A stretch of DNA of 64,000 bases from Eledone cirrhosa (GCA_964016885.1 OZ024743.1:14136001-14200000), one strand, 5' to 3'. Numbered from the stretch's first letter, positions 13,823-25,351 are shown. Program-made: numbers and translations. The notes: generated by a model from the letters alone, not told the origin.

Positions 13823-15025
13823 TTATTTTCGGTTTTTCAAAATCGGTTTGTGCCACCGGGTGTCGTGAGTCCTGTAGCCTTGGTCTAAAAAATGATTTTT
13901 CTGGAATGTTTTTTCATTGGTATTATTATATCTAATGGTATTTCCCCTGTTGTTGTGTGGTCTTGTATAGAAGTTTCGGACGTATTGAGGTTCGGTTTGT
14001 TGATAGTCCGGGTTGTAGATTTGGTTCCTTTGTGTGGGTTGGGATCTATGGTTTTGGAACAGGCTCTGTGTGGGCAGGGGTCTACGGTTTTGGAATAGGT
14101 TTTGTGTGGGTTGTGATCTGCGGATCAGGTCCTGCCTTGTGTTCGGGGATCTTTGGTTTTTGTTAGTAGGGTTATAGTTTTGTCTATGGTTTCTGGGATT
14201 ATCGTTATAGTTTTGCTGGGGGTATGTTGGACGTTTTGTTACTTTTTTTGTTATTTGTTGTGCATGTGGTGTGTGAGTTTTAGTTTGTTTTAAAAATGGG
14301 TTACCTGTATGTTGTTCATTTTTGAAGTCCATTTCGTAGTTGTTGAACCAGGTGGCGTTTTTTTCCCATCGCTGGAGGGATGTGAGTTCTTCATCCTCAC
14401 AGTTTTCTTTCCAAAGTTTTAGGGTTTTTTTGTAGAGTAGGCCTTCAGAGTGCTTTGAGATTTCTGTGTCCATCTGTTGGTCGAGTGACTTGAATTTTTC
14501 TTCGTTGGAGTTGGCTCTTAATCGCAACAGTTCTATTTCTGTTTTACATTTTTCCAATGCCATCTTTTCCCTAAGTCTTTGTTGGTTTTCTGGTTCATTC
14601 GGGATGGGTTTTATTTGGAGTTTTTTGGGGAGGATGATTGGGGTAGAGTTTAGCCACTTTTCATATATGTCTGCCTTGCCATTATTTTTTAGGAGATTCC
14701 AAAGGGCGAATTTGCGGGCTGTGAGCTTTTGAGTCCATATGTTGATTAGGGTATTTTTCACTGAGTGGACATCTCGTAGATTGGGTTCTAACGGTTGTTC
14801 AAGCTTTTGGAGCATTGCTGTTTCAATGGTTTCGATTAGCTTAGTTAATACTGGAGTAATATTCGTCTCTTGGGTATTTTCTGTTTCTTCGTGGGGTCCT
14901 TTTTTATAGATGTGTATTTGGTCCACTTTGTTGGTCAAAATTGAGAGTTTAGAGGAAATCTCTTTGAGTTCATTTAAGATGTCCTGGTTCAGTGAGTTGT
15001 TGTTTTGTTGAGACTTTGGTGGCAT
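13823..15025 (-). CDS. PLE ORF1: 400 aa, coiled-coil N-terminal region with a basic, N/Q/R/P-rich disordered tail
   Basis: Open ATG-initiated ORF starting 28 nt downstream of the 5' pLTR. Heptad-like Leu/Ile spacing; overlaps the RT frame. Confidence 0.8.
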   Translation of the reverse strand: MPPKSQQNNNSLNQDILNELKEISSKLSILTNKVDQIHIYKKGPHEETENTQETNITPVLTKLIETIETAMLQKLEQPLEPNLRDVHSVKNTLINIWTQKLTARKFALWNLLKNNGKADIYEKWLNSTPIILPKKLQIKPIPNEPENQQRLREKMALEKCKTEIELLRLRANSNEEKFKSLDQQMDTEISKHSEGLLYKKTLKLWKENCEDEELTSLQRWEKNATWFNNYEMDFKNEQHTGNPFLKQTKTHTPHAQQITKKVTKRPTYPQQNYNDNPRNHRQNYNPTNKNQRSPNTRQDLIRRSQPTQNLFQNRRPLPTQSLFQNHRSQPTQRNQIYNPDYQQTEPQYVRNFYTRPHNNRGNTIRYNNTNEKTFQKNHFLDQGYRTHDTRWHKPILKNRK

Positions 15026-15052
15026 TTTCGGTCTTCGTGTGGTGGGTATATA

Positions 15053-15741
15053 TTAGAAAGTGAGATTTTTTTTACAAAATGAAAAATAACCGAGGTGTCC
15101 TACACGAGTGGAAGTATAAAGAAAAAGGGTTGAAATCGAAAATGTAACTGAAGTCTTATTTTTTTTTTAAATATATATATTTATTTGGTTCCTTTACCGG
15201 TTTCGCAGTTCTTCTGCTTTTCAAAAGGTGAGTTGAGATGGAGGGTCTGTGGTTTTTCTCACATCTGGTTGGTCTCTAAATGTTACTTGTTTTATATGGA
15301 AAAAGTGGCTTGAAAACCAGGTTTTTCGAGAAGTAATTTGATTGGTTTGTCAATAATTATAATAAATTTCGCGCCAGTTCGCGTTACAATAGTTCTTCAA
15401 ATAAGAGAGGGGGGGTGGTTGTCACAGGTTGTTTTTTCATATATGAGTGTTTGAATTTCTTTTTACTTGAAAAAATGAGGCTCACGAAGGCTTTTTTGGG
15501 GTTGGTTATAAATGAAATTTGGCTGTCACGTGAACAAGTTTTCATTACATTTTTGCGCCCTTATTTGGAAAACTATTCTGTAGTCTTTATAGTGAATGTT
15601 ATGACAATGGAGAGATAGTGGTCAAGGGGAAAGGGATTGGGAGAAATGTTCTGGTTCAGTGAATATGGCCAGCTGTCAGAGTTCAGGTGTCAGAGTTCAG
15701 ATTTTCTATTGAGACTGAAGATATGTGTTTATTTCTGTGAT

Positions 15742-15772
<31 letters not shown>

Positions 15773-16420
15773 ATGTGTGTATTGGAAGATGATTCTATTA
15801 GTAGAGATGGGGGAGGGAGTTGTGTGTATATGGGGGTTATGTGTGTGTGTGCGAGTATGTTAGATAGAGAGAATATATATTTTGTGTGTGTGTATATATA
15901 TATGTGTGTAGGAAAGTGGTTCTATTAGTAGAAATGGGGAGGGTGTTGTGGGTGTGAGGGGGTTGTTATGTGTGTGTATGGGTGTTATGTGTGTGGGAGT
16001 ATGGTTAGCATGTTAAGATGAAGAGAATATATATATATATATATATATTGTGTGTATGTGTGTGTGTAGGAAAATGATTCCTTTAGTAGGAATATTTTTG
16101 AATGAACATATTTTCCTGACTTTTTCGTGTTTGCTGTTGTATTGCCAGTGCAAACGTATGTTTAAGGTTTATTTAGTTCGGGTTTTTATTTTCTAAAGTA
16201 GAAGGTGTTATGTGTGTGTGTGTGTATGTCATATTGTGGTGTTGACATAATGTATATTAAACCTTATTTAATGTTGGTCTATATTTTTGAATAAACATAC
16301 TTTCCTTATTTATTCGCATTTGTTCTGTTGTATTGTTAGCGCAAAGGTAAAATGGGAAGACTTGGAATTTGGGTGTCTTATTACTTGCGTAAATGTCTAG
16401 ATGTGCACTTAGTGGTATCT
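15053..16420 (-). repeat. 5' pLTR direct repeat of the Neptune-like PLE
   Basis: Copy of 10375-11749. Confidence 0.9.
15191..15228 (-). ncRNA. Minimal hammerhead ribozyme, U3-A8 core variant
   Basis: Identical to 10514-10551; lies about 165 nt upstream of the ORF1 ATG. Confidence 0.8.
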
Positions 16421-16421
16421 A

Positions 16422-16494
<73 letters not shown>

Positions 16495-16499
<5 letters not shown>

Positions 16500-16632
16500 C
16501 ATATATATATTTGTGCATGTATGTATGTATATACATACTACTGTACGTCTGTATACATATATGTATGTACGTTTACATACTTATATTTAAGTATCAGCCG
16601 TACTAAGAGTGAGAAATGAAATTTCATTTTTT

Positions 16633-16635
<3 letters not shown>
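16495..16635 (+). repeat. Fragment of the ~470-bp HHR repeat family found at 38113-40416
   Basis: ctactgtacgtctgtatacatatatgtatgtacg..tactaagagtgagaaatgaaatttc is shared with 39800-39900. Confidence 0.65.
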
Positions 16636-16680
<45 letters not shown>

Positions 16681-17337
16681 TCCTTCTTTTAATTAATACA
16701 TATATATATATACACGAGTAAGGATGCAAGTATATATACATACAAAGTGTCCAACTGTTACTAAGTTTGTCTTTATGAAAGAATAAACAAAATCAACACA
16801 TTCAGAGCTTAATAAAATCATATATGGGAAAAGCAAACAAGAAAAGAAAAAAATATGTACCTACTTACTTTAATGTCCCTACTGAATTCATTGAGAAAAT
16901 AACGCATCAAACCACTTTTTCTGATAGCACGTAACCTGCAAATGTCCAAATTTACAACTATCCGGTTGGTTAGTTGTCATGTCATAATTCTTCCAGTCTT
17001 AATTTTAAATGACAACGAACTGCGAGAACATACTTTCTTGATCGAAAAAACCTCTGATGATTTGAGATTTCACGCGATGATCTACACGGAGTATCGCTAT
17101 TTTCTCAATGAAACTGCAGTTGCGACATTAAAGTAAGTAGGTAAATATTTTTCTTATGTTGTTTGCTTTTCACATATATGATTTTATGTATATATATATA
17201 TATGTGTGTGTGTATGTGTGTGTGTGTGTATGTGTGTGTGTGTGTGTAGTATATGTATAGACCTATACACACACTCCCACACACGCATATATATATATAT
17301 ACATACAGACATATTTATATATATATATATAATAATA

Positions 17338-17527
17338 TTTTTTTCTGCTTTTCGCACAAGACCAGCAATTACCCAGTGTATTACTGGTACTTGATTTTAC
17401 CGACCCCATAAGGATGAGCGGCAAAGTTAACCTCGGCGGGATTTGAACACAGAATGGCAAGGGCCGTAACTCTATGCGACAAAGCATGGCGTCCGACCCT
17501 CTACCGATACTGCCAATCCACCTCCCT
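17338..17527 (-). mobile_element. tRNA-derived SINE
   Basis: Minus strand has an A-box-like TGGCAGTATCGG and a B-box-like GTGTTCAAATCC. Same family as 25374-25554 and 48134-48316. Confidence 0.8.
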
Positions 17528-17528
17528 A

Positions 17529-17569
<41 letters not shown>

Positions 17570-17575
17570 TAATAA

Positions 17576-18100
17576 GAAGAAGAATTGGTGGGAGCATCTT
17601 GTGGAACGTTAGCATCCAAACAGTCCGGAAATAGATGCAAATAGACCTGATATAATACTGAAGGACTTTAAAAAGAGGGTATGCCTGCTAATTGATATGT
17701 CCGTTCCAATAGACGAGAATTTATCTATAAAAACATTTGAAAAATTGAGCAAGTATAAAGACCTGTAGATAGAAATTGGAAAAATGTGGAAGTTGAGAAC
17801 TAAAACAACACCAGTAGTTGTAGGCGCTCTAGGAATGATACCTAAGGGGTTTAATGATTACTTATCCCAAAATCCCAGGAAACCCGCGTATAGAAGAAAT
17901 TCAAAAGATAGTACTGATGGGAAATGCCCATATACTAAGGAAGATTATGTCAATATAAGTACATCACAAGTCTAAACACCTAAAGATGCATATGTGTGTA
18001 TGTATGTACTTTCTTGAACATGGCCGACCTTGTTGTCTCTAGAGCTCACTGGTTGTGACTTGGTGATAACTCATATGAACATAAAGCAAGATAAATGCAA
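17576..18100 (+). mobile_element. 3' fragment of R4/Dong LINE family B
   Basis: High similarity to 24795-25351 (NRPDIILKDF..KYKDL..PVVVGALG and the 3' UTR). (TAA)n on both sides. Confidence 0.85.
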
Positions 18101-18147
18101 TAATAATAATAATAATAATAAGAAGAAGAAGTAGAAGAATAATAATA

Positions 18148-21100
18148 AGGGAAGAAGACGCACGAGGTGGCGGAGGTCATGAAATCGCTCCCGTAAGTTT
18201 TGAATTTTTAACATATTTAAATCATTTGTGAAATAACAACTCTTAGTACAAATGCTATGTAAAGCACCCGGCTTGAGCCCCAATAAATTCGGACCCAAAA
18301 TATATTGTTATAAGGCTCAAATATTCAAATATTCAACTTTGTATTGTACACTGTATATCCAAAAAAGAAAATGGCTATAAATGGAAGAAGAACCCCCCCC
18401 CCTCATCTCCTCTGTCTACACTATATAGAACAGCCAAACTCACCAACACCAGAAACTAGATACACCACTCACCTCCTCACCTGTGTACACTAAACACAAC
18501 AGCCAGATAACGGCAATTTCACCACCACCGCTCACTACTGCCAACATTACCACCACTATCCCATCACCGCCGCCACCACTCCTTCACTGTTTCACTGCTA
18601 CCACCGCTACAACCCCATCACTAAGGTAATACGATCACATCACCACCACCACTGCCTCGGTATCGACATCACCACCTCCACTGTCTCAGTATCGCTACCG
18701 CCGCCAGAGTCCACTTCCCCAAGCTGGCTGCTGCCACCACATTATAGAATTCCTACTACTAAAAAAGAGGAAGGCATCATAATATATAGATAGACTCAAA
18801 AGAAAAAAGAAAAAAACAAACAACAAAACCAAAGCAGCACAGCAACAACAGCGAAAAACGAGAAAAACAAACAGAGAAAAACAAAAACAAAAAAAACAAA
18901 AAAAGTAAAGAAAATAAGAATGAAGAGAGAAGCAGGCGGACGGACAGAGAAGAGGGGGAAAAACTAAAACTAAAAAAACAAAAACTAAGTCAGACATTCG
19001 AACACTACATTACAATGAAACTTATGCTTATTCATTTTTGGGGCCCTTTCTGGCTGTGTGTTTGTTTGTTTATGTGTGTTCGTATACAGCGTGGTGATAA
19101 TGCCACACAAGGGCCAAGTGGAACGGCGAATACACAGATGGCTATGTAACCATACATTCGCCAATCCTCGATAAGAGTGTTTAAATATCGAACATAAACA
19201 GTTCGAATAACGGTGAAATGGAGACTAGAACGTCATGTGACAGACTCTCACCCAACAGGTGCCCCCTAGCTCAGCAGCAGGAACCTGACTGTCAACCAAA
19301 TACTGCTGGTGTCGGAGGAAGAAGAAGAAGGAAAGGGGCCAGAACCAACTGGACGAAAGAATTGAATAGAACTGTTATGCAATGTTACCTGAAAAGTAAC
19401 CCCAAGGAGAGGGGCTACAGGAGACGGATGCATAACATCTGGAACGAGATTGGTCTATTTAAATTAGATGAACAAAAATTGGCCGGGCAGGCTCGGGTAA
19501 TAAGAACTAATGGGTGGATAAGCGAGCTGGAACTGGAGGAACTGAGCAGAGAGAATGGCTTGGAGATGGCGGGTGTAGTAAGCCAGACAAGCGAGCCAGT
19601 GGGAAATGAAGGTGAAGAGGTCCTGAGAACGGAGGAACCACCCGAAGCAGACAATGATCTGAATACTGAGATAAATAATACCTGGAACAGAGATACGGCC
19701 ACTGAGGAGATGAATGCTGACGGGCTAGGACAAGATTCGGTTGACATCCTAAATTTAGTGGTAGATGAATTGAACAATGATAGTGGGAGACCTATGAACC
19801 TAAGATTTGTAGACAGGAAAAAGTTAAAAGAAACAACAGCTAAGATAAACAAAGTCATCCCATACCTTGAGGCTAGGAGCTTTCACCAGTGCAACAATAT
19901 CCTCAAAGCAACAGCAAATACGGTGAGGAAACTACTTGGTATAAAAGCGAGAGGAAACAACAGACAAGAAAGAGCAGAGCCGTGGTGGAAGAAACGACTG
20001 AGTGGTCAAATCGAGGAAATGAGAAATGACATAGGAAAGCTTGAGTCACTACTGAATGGGACACTAAAAAACATAGGCACTAAAAATAGACTGGAAATAA
20101 AGTACAAAACTCGGAGGAAAAAGCTAAATATTATCATAGAGCAACTGAAGCAACGCATCGTAGCAAAGAGTGCAAAAATCAGGCGATACGAGAACAGAGT
20201 CAGTCAGTATAAACAGAACCGCATGTTCGACAACAACAAGAAGATGCTGTTTGGACAGCTTGAGGGGAAAGAAAGAGGCAACGACTTGATCCCTGGGGCG
20301 GAGCAAACTATAACATTCTGGAGAGGAATATGGGAGCAGGATGTTAGACATAATGTCCAGGCAGGGTGGATTGAGACAGTACAGAGGGAGATCGGTGAGC
20401 AGGCACACCAACAAACTGATTTGAGTATCACAGTTGAAACTCTTAAGGGGCAGGCCAAAAAACTAACCAACAGGAAATCACCAGGCCCAGATGGTGTGCA
20501 GGGGTATTGGATTAAAAATTTAACATCCCTCCACCCGAAGCTGACGGCCATGTTCAATGACTGCTTGGTGTCGGGTGAGGTGCCAGAGTGGTTGACAAAA
20601 GGTACCACAGTTCTGATAATGAAAGACCGAATCAAGGGTAATGATGTTACCAACTATAGACCTATCACATGTCTGTCCCTAATGTGGAAACTGTTGACGA
20701 GCATTGTGTCTGAGGAAATCTACCATCACCTCCACACAAACAACTTGTTACCGGACGAACAGAAAGGATGCCGAAAGAAGTCACGTGGTACAAAGGACCA
20801 GTTACTTATTGATAAGATGGTAATGGGGAATTGCAGGAGGAGACACACTGATCTTGCCATGGGATGGATAGACTACAGAAAGGTATTTGACATGGTGCCT
20901 CATTCTTTGATCACCAAAAGCCTGGAGATCTTCAGGGTGGCAGATAACATCAGACAGTTGCTGGGCAGGAGTATGGGTTCCTGGGAGACAGAGTTGACAT
21001 CAACTGGAGTATCCTTGGGAAGCGTGAAGATCAAGAGAGGTATCTTCCAGGGAGATAGCCTATCCCCTCTGTTGTTTGTCCTTGCCCTGATGCCCTTGAC

Positions 21101-22685
21101 CATTATGCTGCGAAAAGTGAGAGCAGGATACAAGTTGGGAAAGGGAGAGCTTACCATCAATCACCTCCTCTTCATGGACGATCTTAAGCTCTTCGGGAAA
21201 AGTGAGAAGGAGTTGGATGTGCTTGTTGACACTGTCCGTATTTTCAGCAGTGATATATGTATGCAGTTTGGTATTAGTAAATGTGGAGTCATTGTGATGA
21301 GGAGGGGTAGGTTGAGCAGAAGTAACGGGATCCAGATACCAACAGGTGAGATCATAAAGGAAATTGACTCTGAGGAAGGATACAAGTATTTGGGCGTTCT
21401 GGAGGCTGATGGCATAAAGAACATAAAAATGAAGGAATTGTTAAGAACTGAATACATTCGGAGAGTAAGGTGCGTATTGAAGTCACATATGAACAGCAGA
21501 AATGCCATAAGCGCTGTAAATTCCCGAGCTGTGTCTATTATTAGGTACAGTGCGGGAATTCTGAGATGGAATGTTGCTGAACAAAAAGAAATGGATAGGA
21601 AGACTAGGAAGCTATTGACTATCTACAACATGTTCCACGAGAGGAGTGATGTCGATAGACTCTACCTAAGGAGATCTGAAGGTGGAAGAGGTCTTATCAG
21701 CATAGAGGACTGTGTTCAGATGGAGAAAAACAACCTATACAAATACGTGACCTATAGTAAGGAGCCAATGCTCAGAACTGTACTGAAGGAGGAGACAGTA
21801 GGCCAGGGGATGTCCAAGGAGGAAATAACATCAAGGAGGAAGAGCAGCCTTAAGGGAAAATCCCTTCATAGTACCTTCTTTGAGAAAACTGAATTTAGAG
21901 ATCCACAGACATGGAACTGGTTGAGAAGAGGAGACCTCAAAAAGGCTACAGAAGGAATGCTAATGGCTGCGCAGGAGCAGGCCCTCAAAACGAAGTGGTT
22001 GAAGCAGCATATTTACAAGGAGGAGGCTAGCCCACTGTGCAGGATCTGTGGAGAGAGAGAGGAGACTGTGGCTCACATTGTGTCCGAGTGTAAACACCTA
22101 GCCCAGACCCAATATAAGGGCTGGAGAGACGATGAGATGGGCAGGGTGATCCACTGGCACCTGTCCAAAGTAAACAATTTACCACATTCTGAGAAATGGT
22201 ATGAGCATAGGCCAGAGGCGGTGATGGAGAACAATCAAGTGAAGGTGCTGTTGGATTTTAGGATACAGACGGACAAAAAACTGGAACACAATAGACCTGA
22301 CCTGGTGGTTGTGGACAAAGAAAAAAGATCGTGTCTGATTGTGGATGTGGCCTGCCCTTTCGACACGAGAGTGCAAGAGAAGGAGAGGGAGAAAATTAAC
22401 CGATACCAGGACCTAAAGTGGGAGGTGAAAAGGATTTGGAACTGCCATGAAGTCAAAGTGATCCCGATTGTCATAGGCGCACTGGGGACTATCTCCAAAA
22501 GTTTCCAGGGATGGTTAAAGAAAATCGGCCCCTTCACGCTTTTTGGAACGCTTCAAAATTCATGCTTGCTTGGAACAGCAAGAACCCTCCGATACGTCCT
22601 GAATATCTGAGGCTGCAGGTAGTGGCTTGATATTCATTCCAACGGACTTTCCAGTTAACCAACATCAATGACTGAGATTCAAGTA
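18148..22685 (+). mobile_element. Apparently full-length R4/Dong-clade RLE non-LTR retrotransposon (family A)
   Basis: Leader of about 1.07 kb, one long ORF and a short 3' UTR. Bounded by (TAA)n/(GAA)n at the 5' end and (TAA)n at the 3' end. The 5' boundary is approximate. Confidence 0.85.
19218..22610 (+). CDS. R4/Dong polyprotein: N-terminal DNA-binding region, RT, CCHC zinc knuckle, restriction-like endonuclease
   Basis: 1130-aa open ORF: KSPGPDG, NYRPITCL, EQKGC, GIFQGDSLSPLLF, FMDD, YKYLG, CRIC..ETVAHIVSEC, RPDLVV..D..K..Y.DL, IVIGALG. Confidence 0.93.
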   Translation: METRTSCDRLSPNRCPLAQQQEPDCQPNTAGVGGRRRRKGARTNWTKELNRTVMQCYLKSNPKERGYRRRMHNIWNEIGLFKLDEQKLAGQARVIRTNGWISELELEELSRENGLEMAGVVSQTSEPVGNEGEEVLRTEEPPEADNDLNTEINNTWNRDTATEEMNADGLGQDSVDILNLVVDELNNDSGRPMNLRFVDRKKLKETTAKINKVIPYLEARSFHQCNNILKATANTVRKLLGIKARGNNRQERAEPWWKKRLSGQIEEMRNDIGKLESLLNGTLKNIGTKNRLEIKYKTRRKKLNIIIEQLKQRIVAKSAKIRRYENRVSQYKQNRMFDNNKKMLFGQLEGKERGNDLIPGAEQTITFWRGIWEQDVRHNVQAGWIETVQREIGEQAHQQTDLSITVETLKGQAKKLTNRKSPGPDGVQGYWIKNLTSLHPKLTAMFNDCLVSGEVPEWLTKGTTVLIMKDRIKGNDVTNYRPITCLSLMWKLLTSIVSEEIYHHLHTNNLLPDEQKGCRKKSRGTKDQLLIDKMVMGNCRRRHTDLAMGWIDYRKVFDMVPHSLITKSLEIFRVADNIRQLLGRSMGSWETELTSTGVSLGSVKIKRGIFQGDSLSPLLFVLALMPLTIMLRKVRAGYKLGKGELTINHLLFMDDLKLFGKSEKELDVLVDTVRIFSSDICMQFGISKCGVIVMRRGRLSRSNGIQIPTGEIIKEIDSEEGYKYLGVLEADGIKNIKMKELLRTEYIRRVRCVLKSHMNSRNAISAVNSRAVSIIRYSAGILRWNVAEQKEMDRKTRKLLTIYNMFHERSDVDRLYLRRSEGGRGLISIEDCVQMEKNNLYKYVTYSKEPMLRTVLKEETVGQGMSKEEITSRRKSSLKGKSLHSTFFEKTEFRDPQTWNWLRRGDLKKATEGMLMAAQEQALKTKWLKQHIYKEEASPLCRICGEREETVAHIVSECKHLAQTQYKGWRDDEMGRVIHWHLSKVNNLPHSEKWYEHRPEAVMENNQVKVLLDFRIQTDKKLEHNRPDLVVVDKEKRSCLIVDVACPFDTRVQEKEREKINRYQDLKWEVKRIWNCHEVKVIPIVIGALGTISKSFQGWLKKIGPFTLFGTLQNSCLLGTARTLRYVLNI

Positions 22686-22712
22686 ATAACAACAATAATA
22701 ATAATAATAATA

Positions 22713-25351
22713 AAAACAAACAACCAAAGAAATTTCTACAGAAAAATTGGTAAGCCAACAATAACTGCTAAATCAATACCACCCAAGGAGGAAGTGCAAG
22801 AATTCTGGGAAAAGATCTGGGCCGAAGAAAAAGTTCATAACATACATGCCCCATGGATAGACAGACAAATGAAAGAAACAGCTCACCTTGAAGAACAAAC
22901 ATGGGAAAATATAACAGTTGAACAGTTGCGCTTGGCTCTAAGAAAAACCAGCAAATGGAAATCCCCAGGAAAGGACAAAATACAAAACTTTTGGATAAAT
23001 GCCTTCACAGAGTCTCATGAGCTGTTAGCCCAACTTTACAATGAAATAGTTAAGGAGCCAGAAAAGATACCATCATGGCTAGTTAACGGCATTACATTCC
23101 TGCTTCCGAAGAATGATGAGACAAACAATCCCAAAAATTACAGACCGATAACCTGCTTGACCACAATGTATAAAATTTTAACATCAGTCCTAACTGAATA
23201 CACATATGACCACCTGATAACAAATGACCTATTTCCCATTGAGCAGAAAGGGTGTAAACGTGGCTCATATGGCTGTAAGGATCAGCTTCTGGTTCACAAA
23301 ATGATACTGGAAGATTGTCATAATAGACACAAAAATCTATCGATTGCTTGGATAGATTATAAAAAAGCATTCGATAGTTTGCCACACAGTTGGATTGAAA
23401 AATGTTTAGAGATTTTCAAAATATCCCCCGTTGTCAGGAGGTTTTTGTCATTCAGTATGAAGACATGGAAAACGACACTCCTTTTGAATAGTGAAACAAA
23501 ATCACTGGAAGCTGGAGAAGTTAATATTAATTGTGGAATTTTTCAGGGTGACTCTTTATCACCGCTTTTATTCTGCATCGCACTTATACCATTAAGTAAA
23601 ATGCTCAATGAAACAAAACATGGATATAGAGTCTATGACAAAACCATTAATCACCTGTTCTACATGGATGACCTGAAACTATTTGCAAAAAATGATGAAC
23701 AATTGCAAGGGCTATTATCCACTGTGAAGCAGTTCAGTGATGACATTAAAATGGAGTTTGGACTGGATAAATGCGCCAAAGCAACGTTCACCAGAGGCAA
23801 GCTGCTGAAGAGTTCAGACATTAATCTTGATCGGGGGAACGTGATAAGAGAGCTTGATCAAGAAAAAACTTACAAATATCTGGGTGTTTGTGAAGGAGAC
23901 GGAATCAAGCACTCGACAATGAGGGAAAGGATAAGGAAGGAATGTTACCGCAGAGTCAGAGCAATCTTAAGAACCGAATTGAATGCAAGGAATAGGATCG
24001 ATGCCATAAACACGCTTGCCATACCAGTAGTAACCTACTGTTACAATGTCATCAAGTGGTCAAGCACAGAGATCCGTAGGCTCGATACAAAAATTCGAAA
24101 ATTCTTAACCATGCACAGAATGCATCACCCTAAGTCAGACATAGATAGAATATATCTCCCTAGGAAAGAAGGAGGACGTGGGTTAATCCAGTTAGACATT
24201 GCGTTGAAAACTTCAACAATTGGATTATCCACATATCAAAGGGAATCACATGATTGGATGATCAAACTCGTTTTGAAACACGAAAGCACCAAAAGATCAT
24301 ATTCTATTACAAAAGATGCACAAATATACAGTAATGGACTACAAATTTCAGAAGTCCCATTTACTGCTGAAATGGAAAACACAGAAAAAGCAAAGCAGGT
24401 AAAAGTAACTGCAAAGAAAGAACTGCTACAGAAACTGGCTAAGAAATGGCAAGAACAGCCTCTGTATGGAAAATACCCAGAGCGAGCTAACGATCCTGAT
24501 GTTGACAAAACTTTAACCCATCAGTGGTTGGCATCCTCTGGACTGAAATCGGAGACTGAAGGACTGATTATATCGGCACAAGATCAGTGTCTGCCAACAA
24601 AAAATTACCAAGCCAACATAATAAAAAATGGTTGCAGCCCATTATGCCGTGTATGCAAAAAATAACCAGAGACCATTGACCATATAATTTCAATGCGCAG
24701 TCCTATAGCTCCAACCGAATACCTAAACAGGCATGACAGAGCTGCACAATACATACATTGGATAATGTGTAAGCATTTTGACCTGCCCCATCAAAAGAAT
24801 TGGTGGGAGCATCAACCATCTCCCATACTTGAAAAAGATCACATCTCAATCTTGGGGAACTTTAGCATCCAAACAGACCGAAAAATAGATGCAAATAGAC
24901 CTGATATAATATTGAAGGACTTTCAAAGGAGGGTATGCCTGCTAATTGATATGTCTGTTCCAATAGACAGGAATGTATCTATAAAAACATTTGAAAAAGT
25001 GAGCAAGTATAAGGACCTGGAGATAGAAATTGGAAAAATGTGGAAATTGAGAACTAAAACAATACCAGTGGTTGTAGGCGCTCTGGGAATGATACCTAAG
25101 GGGTCTAACGACTACTTATCGCAAATTCCAGGAAACCCGCGTATAGGAGAAATACAAAAGATAGTACTAATGGGAACTGCCCATATACTAAGGAAGATCC
25201 TGTCAATATAAGTACATCACAAGTCTAAACACTAAGGATGCATGTGTGAATATGTATGTTCTTTCTTGAACATGGCGGACCTTGTTGTCTCTTGAGGTCA
25301 CTGGTTGTGACTTGGTGATAACTCGTATGAACATAAAGCAAGATAAATGCA
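22713..25351 (+). mobile_element. 5'-truncated R4/Dong LINE family B (stop and frameshift near 24663-24695)
   Basis: ORF 22668-24665 (GIFQGDSLSPLLF, YMDD, CRVC) and ORF 24693-25211 (RHD, RPDII, KYKDL). Starts and ends at (TAA)n. Confidence 0.9.

Noticed and set aside
16942-17140. Possible host exon (short ORF ending near gtaagt)
   Set aside because: No recognisable homology and no supported acceptor or partner exons; needs RNA-seq.
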